Below are positions 26,952-38,832 of a stretch of DNA of 64,000 nucleotides, one piece after another. A model generated the notes under the pieces. That model saw only the letters and a program-made list of their open reading frames with translations, ran no database searches and had not been told where the DNA came from. The DNA comes from Eledone cirrhosa (Eukaryota): assembly GCA_964016885.1 (NCBI GenBank), contig OZ024750.1, positions 50,840,001 through 50,904,000 on the forward strand, given 5' to 3'. Numbering within the stretch: the stretch's first letter is position 1; each line of letters opens with the position of its first letter. A program made the position numbers and the translations under genes.

Positions 26952-27027
<76 letters not shown>

Positions 27028-27118
27028 CGAATGAAAAGTGGTAAGGAACCAGGTGGACCATAACGCACCAAAGTACTCAATACTTAGGGTAGTAGAGTGG
27101 GTAATAGGAGTAAGTAAG

Positions 27119-27217
27119 ACCCCGACGGCTGAGCTCAAGCCGTTTCGACGGCTAATTAATTCTGTACTGAATGAAAAATCAGTTCTGGTATTTAAATAGC
27201 CGAACTTGTCAAGGGGC
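27119..27217 (-). ncRNA. Type I hammerhead, U3:A8 core variant
   Basis: GCCCC-TTGACAA-gttCGGCTA...TAGCCGtc-GAAA-CGGCT tgagctc AGCCG-TC-GGGGT. Confidence 0.75.
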
Positions 27218-27549
27218 AATTCCATATATGGTCAAAGAGATAATCACCAGGATTGGTCATCCCACAAGGTAGTAGTAATTCTGCGATGGCAAGTTGGTGG
27301 GGGAGGTAGCCAAACCTGCCAGTAGGAGAAAAGGGGAGAGGGGGCGGAGTAGACCCATTCATGCGTTGGTGGTGCCAGCTACAGCTGGGTGTGAGGTCAA
27401 AGAGGACGCCGGGGAGGGGGAGGGGGAGGAGGTCAAAACGGTAAGTAGAACGATGAAAATGTAAAACTGTAAAAGGTACTGAGGGAGAAAAGAAATATAA
27501 GCAGAATCTGGTTACTAAGACTTCATTCTCTCGCTATTGCTAGGCTGCA

Positions 27550-27990
27550 GAAATACATAAATAAGTAAATAAGAAATACATAAATAATATTCCACATAAG
27601 TGAATAAGAAATACAAAAATAATATTCCACATAAGTAAATAAGAAATACATAAAGAATATTCCACATAAGTAAATAAGAAATACATGAATAATATTCCAC
27701 ATAAGTGAATAAGAAATACAAAAATAATATTCCACATAAGTAAATAAGAAATACATAAAGAATATTCCACATAAGTAAATAAGAAATACATGAATAATAT
27801 TCCACATAAGTGAATAAGAAATACAAAAATAATATTCCACATAAGTAAATAATAAATACATAAAGAATATTCCACATAAGTAAATAAGAAATACGTAAAT
27901 AATATTCCACATAAGTAAATAAGAAATACATAAGTAATATTCCACATAAGTAAATAAGAAATACGTAAATAATATTCCACAAGAAATACA
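27550..27990. repeat. 35-bp minisatellite (~12 units) with a 3-unit higher-order pattern
   Basis: Unit AAGAAATACATAAATAATATTCCACATAAGTAAAT; variants recur every 105 bp. Confidence 0.9.
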
Positions 27991-28039
27991 TAAATGAGTA
28001 AATAAACAAATAAGTGAGTAAAAGGATGGATAGATAGAT

Positions 28040-28070
<31 letters not shown>

Positions 28071-28964
28071 TAATGTAGAATAAAAAGAATAAGAAAACAA
28101 ATGATAATGATAGAAAAAAAACCTAGGTGTGACGGAGATAACGGGACCCTTATGCTGGGTATAAGTGCGTGTATCGTACGGTGACGGGTCAACAGAGGGG
28201 GGGTCGGAACACTGCAGAGACCACCACGAAAAACATAAATAAATAACGGTTTCTACCCCAAACACCGGGCCAGCAACCACCCAGTGCAAGAAAGTAGACT
28301 AGTACGAGAATATAATTCAGGGTCCCGCAAAAAAATACTGGTGCTAACTCTAAGGGTACCGCCACGAAACAAAATGTCTTATACAAGCTACAAGAAAAGT
28401 CGTACGAATTAAAAATAAAGAACGGAAAATTAATACAGGAAAAAGGGAGAAAAGGGAAACAGGGAAAAAGAAGCAAGAGATACTGGATCGATAAAAAAAA
28501 GTGTAAAAGAAGATCTTACGTCTCCATAGGCAGGCAGGGGTTACCCATTACAAAATAGGCAAGTGAGGTGTTATAGGCTACCCCCCCGGGTCATTATGGG
28601 GTTTGAGGGCGAGGTAAGTCCTACGTAATCGGTGTTTACATGCAGTAACCAGTTCATCTTTCTTGTTAAGGAGTTGGTCCGTCGAAAACAGCATTTGTAA
28701 TGTTTCCTCCGAGCATAAATTGCACGGACGGCGTCCTCCCGTGTAGGAGTTGGCTCTGGACAGTAATTTCCAAGTGAGATCATAGTTGATGTTGTTGTCC
28801 TTGAGGTCCCATATGTGGCCCGAAAGTGTAGTGGCGTGACGCCGGGCCGGGTTTCGGAAAGTATGTCTGTGTTGGTATAGCCGGGTCTTGAAGTCGCATG
28901 CGGTCAATCCTATAAAGGATGGATTGACCGCATGGTGATTATCTCTTTGACCATATATGGAATT

Positions 28965-29059
28965 GCCCCTTGACAAGTTCGGCTATTTAAATACCAGAAC
29001 TAATTTTTCATTCAGTACAGAATTAGCCGTCGAAACGGCTTGAGCTCAGCCGTCGGGGT
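28965..29059 (+). ncRNA. Type I hammerhead, U3:A8 core variant (inverted pLTR copy)
   Basis: TTGACAA at 28970-28976, GAAA at 29032, GUC at 29052-29054. All three stems pair. Confidence 0.75.
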
Positions 29060-29090
29060 CTTACTTACTCCTATATATATATATATATAT

Positions 29091-30036
29091 ATATAAATGA
29101 AAGGTATAGAAAATATTGTAGCAAAAAGCCAACAGTATTCCATAATATATAATGACTATAGCGTCAAAATGGGAAAAATAGTTAATATAAGATGTGGGGA
29201 GAATAATTCAAACTCAACTCAAAAAGAATCAGGATATATATATTCATCCAACAGAATTTATTGAAATCCAGGGAAAAATCAATAGAGCCTTAACTCATGA
29301 TAAAATAAAGTTTAAAATACTCATCCTTCAATTTGGAAAAAACTTAAAATGCTCTGTATAGTCTTGAAGACTATTTCACGAAAATTTTCAATGGAGATGG
29401 TCACGGTTGGAATTCGATCCTCAGCAGAGCTCAACTCGATAACCAAAGTTTCAACTGATTAATATGCCAAAAAGGGAATTAAAAGCAGGCTAGTTCACCA
29501 TCATGCGTGATTATGAAAAATAAAACGCACATGTGGAAAGACAGGGCTGGTGACGTCAGAATGAGACGAATGTTTGTTTACAAGAAATAACAGTCAAAAA
29601 CATTCCGAAAAAAAACCTCTACAATAAGGAGTTCAGCAAAAAGCAATATTATCGCGGTTTTTTTATTAAAAAAATACCGGGATTAGTCACAAATAATTTA
29701 AGCACTATAGGAAAGGAATCCGAGAATAAATATATAAATGAAAGGTATAGAAAATATTGTAGCAAAGAGCCAACAGTATTCCATAATATATAATGACTAT
29801 AGCATCAAAATGGGAAAAATAGTTAATATAAGATGTGGGGAAATAATTCAAACTCAACTCAAAAAGAATCAGAATATAGATTTATCCAACAGAATTTAGT
29901 GAAATCCAGGGAAAAATCAATAGAGCCTTAACTCATGATAAAATAAAGTTTAAAATACTCATCCTTCAATTTGGAAAACACTTCAAATGCTCTGTATAGT
30001 CTTGAAGACTATTTCACGAAAACTTTCAGTGGAGAT
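29091..30036 (-). mobile_element. Non-coding partial-tandem element (640-bp period, ~307-bp direct repeats) with a hammerhead; retrozyme-like or non-autonomous PLE
   Basis: 29091-29398 is repeated at 29731-30036. No ORF. (TA)n on both sides. Confidence 0.7.
29351..29430 (-). ncRNA. Type I hammerhead with a stable stem III
   Basis: GCTCTG-CTGAGGA-tCGAA...TTCGt-GAAA-TAGTCT tca AGACTA-TA-CAGAGC. Confidence 0.85.
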
Positions 30037-30085
30037 ATATATATATAAAATTAGAATTGGTGCTCTGAAATAGCGATATATATAT

Positions 30086-30319
30086 GAATGTATATATAGT
30101 GTATTTTGCAATACACTGTATGATTAATTAAAAGCATTTCGAAGACTTACGCTATTGTTTTAGAGTAGTGACAGTCTCACTTACTTTAATTTTCAGCTAA
30201 AATTTGCTGAAAACTTAAAGTAATTGAGACTGTCACTACTCTAAAACAATAGCGTAAGGTCTTCGAAATGCTTTTAATTAAGCATACAGTGTATTGCAAA
30301 ATACACTATATATACATTC
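30086..30319. repeat. Near-perfect foldback (~112-bp arms, 8-nt spacer)
   Basis: 30086-30197 is the reverse complement of 30206-30319 with few differences. Confidence 0.9.
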
Positions 30320-30346
30320 TGCAAACTCGACTGTCACCACATATCA

Positions 30347-30385
30347 TGAACCTGAAGATTGCGAAAGCATGAAAGTACTTGTTCA
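30347..30385 (+). ncRNA. Minimal type I hammerhead
   Basis: TGAAC-CTGAAGA-tTGC GAAA GCAt-GAAA-GTAC-TT-GTTCA, with a GNRA loop II and palindrome AGTACT. Confidence 0.8.
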
Positions 30386-30549
30386 ATTAACACTTAGAAT
30401 TTAATATTCTATCATACTATTCCATTATAATATCATTATATATATTTTAAAGGATTGTAAATAAAACGAGTAAATCAGACAAAGTTGGAATTCCTCTTAT
30501 TAATATAATCTTCTATACACAATCATACACACCCGTGTATATTTACCTA

Positions 30550-30559
30550 TCCATATCTA

Positions 30560-30646
<87 letters not shown>

Positions 30647-30723
30647 GTATATATGTATATATATTTATATATATGTATATATGTATATTTATATGTATAT
30701 ATATGTATATATATATGTATATA

Positions 30724-30800
<77 letters not shown>

Positions 30801-30883
30801 ATATATGTGTATATATGTATATATATTTATATATATGTATATATGTATATTTATATGTATATATATATATGTATATATATATG

Positions 30884-30923
<40 letters not shown>

Positions 30924-30960
30924 CTTGTGTGTGTGTGTGTATATATGTATATATATATAC
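30550..30960. repeat. Compound (TA)n/(TG)n microsatellite
   Basis: Direct reading. Confidence 0.95.
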
Positions 30961-31003
30961 AATGATATTAAATAAATGGAAACTATATTTATAAAACCAT
31001 ATT

Positions 31004-31064
31004 TATTCTATTATATATATTTCAAGTGTACCAAAATTTTGGTACGCTATCATCAAATAAAATA
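31004..31064 (-). ncRNA. Type I hammerhead (C3->U) in a short repeat related to 63235-63345
   Basis: TATTTTAT-TTGATGA-..GTACCAAA/TTTGGTAC..-GAAA-TATATA-TA-ATAGAATA. Confidence 0.7.
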
Positions 31065-31252
31065 CGAAGTGTGTTTTATAAATGTTGACATAACCAAGAA
31101 GAGTATACCTTAACGGTTCAAGTTATCCCATTTATTTAATATCATTGTATATTATACTCCAGAAAAAACCGTTGAGTGCTCTGAATCACTTATAAATATT
31201 TATATTTGTTGAATTACCAACAAATTGAATATCCCTTCTGCTTATATATATA

Positions 31253-31612
31253 CTAGCTGACCTACCCAGCTTCGCCCGGGTAAACAGATGATAAGAGAAG
31301 ACAGGTAAAAGAGAAAATGACTGTATCGGATGTTTGTCTGGTTACAGTATGAGGCTAGTCCGTGGTGTATGTGTGATACAAAAAAACAGTAAAAGAAATC
31401 TTCCAGATATACCAGATTCTTCGTTGTACCTTTTGTGCATAGTATATGAACAATTCTAGGTGCTCCCACCTAGAATAGTGACCTCTAGGAGGTGGTTCAT
31501 CTTCTGCCTGACTGTAAAACGTGTATCACTGTATAGACGTGGTTGTATAACGTTTCTCAAAAGGATGATGGAAGTTCCAATGTTGTATATTATATGTAGA
31601 TATAGATATAGA
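31253..31612 (-). mobile_element. Short non-autonomous Helitron
   Basis: Minus strand begins A|TCTATATC and ends with hairpin TACCCGG..CTGGGTA then CTAG|T. Confidence 0.7.
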
Positions 31613-31810
31613 TAATTAATATAAAAGATGTCCGTCAATGTAAAAAAGGTCCCTATTTACTTGAAACAGTTTATACAAATGCCAAATTAATATGGATATG
31701 GATAACATGCTTATCTGTAAGTGGTCAGGTATAATAATAAAACAACAAATTATATGACAAACATTTATTCAGTAATTTCCAGGCTCTTAGCCACTGAGTA
31801 ATAGACAGTC

Positions 31811-32201
31811 AATTAAAAATTACACCAAAAATGTATCACTTAGATGGTGCAATAGATCATAAAGAGGTTGGGAGAGGATAGCAAGGGTTGTGTAAGGGCA
31901 TTACTCAGCATGATCAGAAACAATCAGAAAATATAAGAAAATAAGAAAAAAAATAAGAAAAAAGTACAAAATTACAGCCGGGCTTTTTGTTCATTAATTG
32001 TTTTGTATTTTTGTATTTATCTCTTTTCTTATCCCTGTATTTTTGTACGTTTTCATTATTTTTTTTGTTATTTTCTCATATTTTCTGATTGTTTCTGCTC
32101 ATGCTGAGTAATACCCTCACTCATCCCTTGCTACCCTCTCCCAACCTCTTTATCATCTATTGCACCATCTAAGTGATACATTTTTGGTGTAATTTTTAAT
32201 T
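31811..32201. repeat. Inverted repeat (~165-bp arms) followed by a degenerate hammerhead near 32356-32412
   Basis: 31811-31977 pairs with 32035-32201. Downstream CTGAAGA-tTCC..GGAt-GAAAC-agt-GTA. Confidence 0.75.
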
Positions 32202-32558
32202 TTTTATTTTTAAGACATTTTATGACATTATGTGCATCATATATTATGTCTTTTTCCATATAACGCTAGACTTGGGAACCCCCCCCCCCCTGCTGGTCAT
32301 TTAACCTTGTTCTGGTGACGCAGTTCGATGGAGCATGCAACTACTGATATACTCATGTTTATAGGCTCTGAAGATTCCTGCCGCGGTATATGGATGAAAC
32401 AGTGTAATAAAACAATGTATTTCTAAGCACTCTTTGGTCATTCCTATAACTATAACGGCTCTGTAGTATAATAGTTATCCTACATTGAGCTAAAGCCGCA
32501 CTGTCATACCAAGGGCAATATATCTACATGTGTAGGCATATTGATATATTTGTCAGCG

Positions 32559-32627
<69 letters not shown>

Positions 32628-34750
32628 AGAGAGAGAATATAGCTTTGTTTATTAAGCGCGGAGATTTGAAAAATAGATAGTATATAGGCTTACGCCGTAT
32701 TTTGGCCTATTAATAAGGGATTTTTTTAAATCTTCAGAATGGATAAAAGGGATATCCTGGACGTACATTTTTGGTTTGCCGGACCAATGTGTTACTTGTC
32801 AAACGCCTAAACGTTTAGTGGCGAAAAGCAATGTGCTTCAATATTGGTACCTCCATTTAGACTAAATTAGATCGAAATATTTTGAATAAAAACTTTATTA
32901 TTATTAGTTGAGGGTCGGTGGACTAGCAAACTCTTTACAAAGTGGGCAAAAACCTTCGCATCTATGGCTCTTATATACTTCAATTTCAATCTCACCGAAG
33001 TCAACTTCGCTTTTCCATTGCCCATTCAGTCGACCGTCCTCTCCTCCAAAACTAATGGCTATGTCTCTAAATTAGAAACCAATATTTGAGAGAAAATGAG
33101 TTGCCATTCTTAGCAGATTAAATTTGTTCGAAGTGGCTTCTTCTTTGGCTCATGCAATGTGCTGGTGATTGTTGTATGTGTTGAAGGAAACCAAATGGTA
33201 TCTCAATAGGGTCGATCGTATGAGCCTACATTTACCTACAATTATTTACAAACGTTGACACTTCTCCATCGACTAATTAATGAAACTAAACACCTCACTC
33301 AGTTGGCTCATTAAGTAATTATCGTTGAACAGTTTTGATTGACATAATACAATAAAACAATATATCAGTCAAAGAAAATCTATTTATGTGTTACCATGAA
33401 GAATCCCATGTATTATTCATAATTTTAGACTTGATGAATAATTTAGCCGTTATATCGGAAACACATTGGAAACTTCAGACTTAAGTGCAGATGGACATAA
33501 ACTTAATTATGTGTATAAATTAATATTGACTTGTAGCATAGTTTTTAAGTGCCACAAAAACTTTCTTTATGGAAAGAAATGTAAGTTGAATAACACCACA
33601 GACTATCAACCTCGTCTTTACATATTAAAAGAAAAGAGAATTTTGGTGGTCGACGGATCGAAATAGAATCATAATGTTTTCATTGGTCTTTACATTGTTG
33701 TAACTATTTGACAATTGTAACTAAAACATGAACAATATGAACTAATGAACTTTCCTCAAGAACGCAACAGCCCAGCCAACCAAGGAAAACGAACCAACCA
33801 CCTTATGATCGAGAGTTTAACGCCTAACCATGAGGCTGCCGTTTTTCAGGAAGATGTTATAGTGTTTAAAGATTATATATTCACTATGTGTTATCTCTTA
33901 TTTCCCTCATGCGTCCTATTCCTTGAACCATTGGACTTCAACAGACCACCCAACAAGTATTATCTATATACTAAAGCTAGTAACGATATATAATAACCGG
34001 CCGCTTTATCTCCTCCATGTGACCGCGTATCTTCACCGATTTTATCCACTCTTTTGAAATGTTATGTCATGTTTCCAGGAGGCTTTCTAAAAACACCCTT
34101 CTTAACAAACACACTTCATGGGTTGGCTCGATTAATCAACGATAGTCCGACACTGCCCAGATGTACAAACACGTATAAACAAACCTCTTACACAAAGAGA
34201 GAACAAGACAATGAAAAACAATTTTTTAGGAGGAAACCCTAAAACATTATTTAAAAAAATAAAAATACAAACGAAGGACACAGACCTCCATGGTCATTGG
34301 GCGTTGAGATGGGATTTGGCAGTTTCGACCCCTACCAACGATACCGCTGGTCCATTTGGGGTCACAGCGTCTGACATAAGCCAAACGCTGTCCAGTGGAG
34401 TAAGAGACAAGAAACAAAACATTAATTCATAGAAATTAAGCTGCAATATACACCTGGAATCTATACCTCGACCCCACCCATGCTCGTGGACCTATGCGCG
34501 GCCACCCCAGGTTCTTAACCTCTTTTTTCAAAATTCCGTTGTTCCTACCTTCTCTCTCGCTTCCTCTCTCTCTCCCTCTCTCTTTATATCTATCTCCCTC
34601 TCTCTCTCTCCCTAATCTCTCCATTTCCTGAAGAAGGACCTGTGCACGACACGATAAAACCCCAATTTACTTGTTCCTCAGCGTAAAACTAAGACTTTGT
34701 GTTATTGCATCTGTGTATTTGTCTTGACTATTCTTGAACTTTATGTATAT

Positions 34751-34854
<104 letters not shown>

Positions 34855-35012
34855 TGAGAGAGAGAGAGTAAGAGAGAGAGAGGTGGGGTGGCTACCCTGT
34901 GCACGAAAATGAGGTTTACAACATATGGTAGTCCAGTAATATATTAAATATATAATATTCTCTACTTTGGTAGTGGGCACACTTTCCTCATGTTTGTAAA
35001 TTGATGCATCCG

Positions 35013-35090
<78 letters not shown>

Positions 35091-35093
<3 letters not shown>

Positions 35094-35580
35094 GTATTTC
35101 CACAACAGTTAGTTCACCAAACCATGAACAAATGATTCACCTTATGCGGATCTTCAGCTTGGTCTGAATGAAGTTGTACGGAAAAGAGAAAAAAAAAAAC
35201 GTACGAATACGCATGCGCAAAAACGGTCACTTCTCCTGAGGGAGGTAATCCCACGATCGACCGTGGTGAGGGAGATATCTGTAGATGTCCGGAATTATTT
35301 ATTCAAGTTATTCAGAATATTATAGATTATTGATGTTAGTCAATCTGGAGATTTGTAATTATCAAGAATCTAATATTCTGAATAACTCGAATAATTTATT
35401 CTGGACATCCACAGTTATCTCCCTAACAATCGCCCAGGAGAAGTGATCGTTTCTGCGCATGCGTATCCGTACGGTTGTTTTTCCTTTTCCCTACAACTTC
35501 ATTTATACCGAGCTGAAGATCCGAATGAGGTGAAACAATTGTTCTCAGTATGGTGAACTAACTGTTGTGGAACTACTTAT
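35091..35580. repeat. Diverged foldback (~230-bp arms), each arm with a hammerhead motif
   Basis: 35091-35334 is the reverse complement of 35361-35580 at moderate identity. Confidence 0.85.
35505..35551 (+). ncRNA. Minimal type I hammerhead
   Basis: ATACcGAG-CTGAAGA-tCC gaatga GGt-GAAAC-AATT-GTT-CTCaGTAT. Confidence 0.7.
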
Positions 35581-35631
35581 ACCATGGACTCATTGCTCTA
35601 CTACTACGGATATAACCCTACAGTGTTATAC

Positions 35632-35695
<64 letters not shown>

Positions 35696-35698
35696 ATG

Positions 35699-35742
<44 letters not shown>

Positions 35743-35851
35743 AATGTGTGTGTGTGTGTATGCAAATAGAAAACAAAAACAACAAAGCAAGCAACACAGT
35801 ACAATGAAGAAATATATTAGGAAGCACAATGAAGAGATATAGTAGGAAAAT

Positions 35852-35890
35852 CGTCTTTAAATTTCGGACATTGTCCTTCATCAGAAGGCA
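35852..35890 (-). ncRNA. Ultra-minimal hammerhead, essentially without stem III
   Basis: TGCCTT-CTGATGA-a-GGAC aat GTCC-GAAA-TT-TA-AAGACG. Confidence 0.6.
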
Positions 35891-37840
35891 GAATGAGAAA
35901 TAAAAGATGGAATCTAAAGATAAAAAGTGAGAAGAAAACAATTTTGTTTTGTAGAAAAAGTACGTTTATTATAGTTACGAGTATTATAGCTACCGGTATT
36001 ATAGTTAAGACTATTATTGTTATGTATTGCACACACAAATTTACGCATTAATAGTCAAACAAAGTTTCTTCTACATGAACACAATGAACCACTTAATCAG
36101 GGGACCGAACTCATGATTTTACAATCGAGAGATAAACCCTTTAAACAATGCGCTTTCACAGCTAGTATCTATGGAAAACATCTTCGAAATTTTAAATCAT
36201 ATTTTACATTTGCAAATATAATTATAATGGTTTTTAATTTAGGCACGACGCCAGCAATTCCTGGAGAAGCCAAGTCAGTTATATTGAACAAAGCGCTCCA
36301 CCTGTTTTGTTTTCTTTTTGTACTTTCTTGTATTTGTTTGTACTTTTTGTGAAATATTAACAAGTTAATATTCTATTTCTTTCCTATCTATATTTTAAAC
36401 TCATTGACTAGATCGAGTGTTGATGATGAATATGTAGCAAATTTGGAATGGGTGGGTTTGTAATCAGAACGTAACATATGAGAACAAATATCGCAAAGTT
36501 TCGTGCGACGCGCAAACGGCTCAGCCAATCCACCGCCCTATTTGTACGTAAATCATCAGTGAGCACGTTCTACTGTATGTATTAATCGAGAAAATCTGGA
36601 CTTTTCAAGCAAAATCTAAAAAAAATGAATAAATATCGATAATCTAAATTTTATTCTGGAAATTCATTCTTTAATGGAACAGTTACTTTTCCATAAAATT
36701 CGGCGTATAAACCCTCACTGTCAATTTTTATTTACATTCCGACTATCGTATTCACATTTATGTTGCGTATTAGAGCGTATTGATGCGAGTTTGTGAACCT
36801 AGAAGAAATTCTGAGACAGTATCGCTTCGAAGATGTTTATACGTTGCGTTTCTGTGAAGCATGAGACTCTTCAGATAATTCGCTCTTTTAATGAACGACA
36901 ATATTTCGTTCCATCTCATCAACATTCCTATTCACTGACTCGAGACTGTCAAACAGTTTTATTTTCAAATGGTGATATATAAGGTCACAATTTTTATGGT
37001 GTTGTCAAATGCTTAAACAGTTTCTGATCGATATGGTTGATATTCAGTTTGAACAACTTCAAGGCTAATTCTCCGTTAAATATAATGTGAGCAAAGATTG
37101 TTTACAAATATACATGATGTAATGACTTTTTGTACAAATAATACATGATTATGTTTATTTATTGTAGTTTTAATGCAAAGATAAATGTCAGATTTGGAAT
37201 AGACTAATAGGTGAATGCCTGGTGTCAGCCATATAGAATGTTGTGTCGATGAAATGGAGATTCATTCAATCAATCAAAATTTTCATTGGTTAACAAACAA
37301 CAAATTAGTCAGCATATATGTACAGAAACAGTCAGTACAGTATCGCAAAATGTATAGAAGTAATGAACATACACTGTTTGCTGAATTGAAGGGTGTTAAT
37401 ATTATGGTGGCAAATTGGCAGAGTCATTAGAACGTCGGATAGACTGCTTTGCACTTTTCGGTTCGGTCTTCTGCTCCCTATGTTCAAATCCCTTGCCTTT
37501 CATCGAGTCAAGGTCCATACAAAAGGTACCAGCCTCGTACTGGGGTCGATTTCTTCCTCTATATCTCTTTGTCGCTACTACTCTTCCACACCGTATACTT
37601 CTCTGAAGAAAATCTACTGTATTCAGAACAGAAGAGGCGATGGGCTCCACCAAGTAACCAAAAATGCCCTAGATACGGCGTGTGTCAATTCGGCGCCCGT
37701 GTCAATCCCTCGGGAGTTATCAGACTATACATACAATATAGTAAAATATATTGACTAACGAGACACTTTCCTCGACCGAAAACAAGATTCCTTTATAATC
37801 ATATCTATATATGCCATTTCACGTGAAATCTGTAATAAAA

Positions 37841-37904
<64 letters not shown>

Positions 37905-37956
37905 TGCGCGTGTGTGTGTGTGCCTGCGTGTGTGTGTATGTGTGTGTATATATATA

Positions 37957-38832
37957 GGAAAATGTTTAACCTCGACCGACGGCAGAGCTCAAGCCGTTTC
38001 GACGGCTATTTCTGAACTAAATTAGAATTTTTAGCGTGGTAAATAGCCGAACTTTTCAAGGGGTAATTCCTTATATGGGAAGATTGTAGTTGTCAAAAGG
38101 ATTGGTCAAAATTTATTGTAAACACAATTAAATCTTTCATGGTGGTGGGTGGGTGGTAGGATGGCTGAACTTGCCTCGAGAACAATGAGGGAGTGGGTGG
38201 AGCCGGTCAAGCGTTGAAAGTGAGTTATATACAACAAATTCTAAGGAGTGTATATGAAATTAGGCTAGGTAGAAAGCAGGCGAAAAAGAAATTAAAAGGT
38301 TAATAAATTGAGATTAAAAGAAAAAAATAATTTGAAAAAATTAAATAGTAGAAAATAATAAAAAATCTCTCGAGTCTAAAGCAGCTGCTATATTTTTAGC
38401 TGGTATTGCGTTTTCGGCCAATACTATATATAATTTACTGGGGTGGGTGACTGAGGCTACAAAAGTCCGATGGGCTGCCTCAGGGTAGGCGAAAGAGGAG
38501 AAAGGAAAAGGAAGAGGAGAGGGAGTGGAAGGAAGTGATTAGAAGAGAGAAAAGGAAAAAGAAAAGAAGTACATCTACCTATGTATGCTGGGGTTTCCCC
38601 TATTTTGTTCGGCAAGTGGGTAAAAGAGGGATGTTGCAGCCATTGTCTACCCACCCTGGTCATGAGGGGGTTTGAGGGCGAGGTAAGTGCTACGCAATCG
38701 GTGTTTACATGCAGTTACATGTTCGTCTTTTTGTTTAGGAGGTGACCCTTCGTAAACAGCATTTGTATTTTTTCCTCCGAACATAAGTTATACGGACGGC
38801 GTCCTCCCGTATAGGAGTTAGCCCTCAGGAGT
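37957..38832 (-). mobile_element. 3' fragment of a PLE related to 27027-29072, with a U3:A8 hammerhead at 37976-38063
   Basis: 38660-38830 is similar to 28590-28770. Core reads TTGAAAA with the same stems II and III. Confidence 0.8.

Larger units (their letters stand above)
22377..26957 (-). mobile_element. Near full-length Penelope-like retroelement with direct pseudo-LTRs and a short inverted tail
   Basis: Near-identical 364-bp direct repeats (22377-22740, 26514-26877) contain the ORF start MTLPKYNN. Inverted tail 26877-26957. RT + GIY-YIG ORF. (TA)n on both sides. Confidence 0.95.
27027..29072 (-). mobile_element. 5'-truncated PLE with inverted pLTR arms (27106-27248, 28934-29072)
   Basis: GIY-YIG remnant FIGLTACDFKTRLYQH..CNLCSEE..CKHR (28578-28976), inverted arms, (TA)n flanks. 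Confidence 0.85.

Noticed and set aside
27515-28289. Repetitive ORFs and a superficially CRISPR-like 35-bp periodicity
   Set aside because: The units are contiguous with no unique spacers, there are no cas genes, and the context is eukaryotic: a minisatellite.
34620-34665. CTGAAGA motif, and similar isolated CTGANGA hits near 40095, 41947, 42158, 45871, 47632, 53521, 54861, 55102 and 58813
   Set aside because: They lack a convincing combination of stems, GAAA and NUH; 42158 and 55102 may be decayed copies but were not called.
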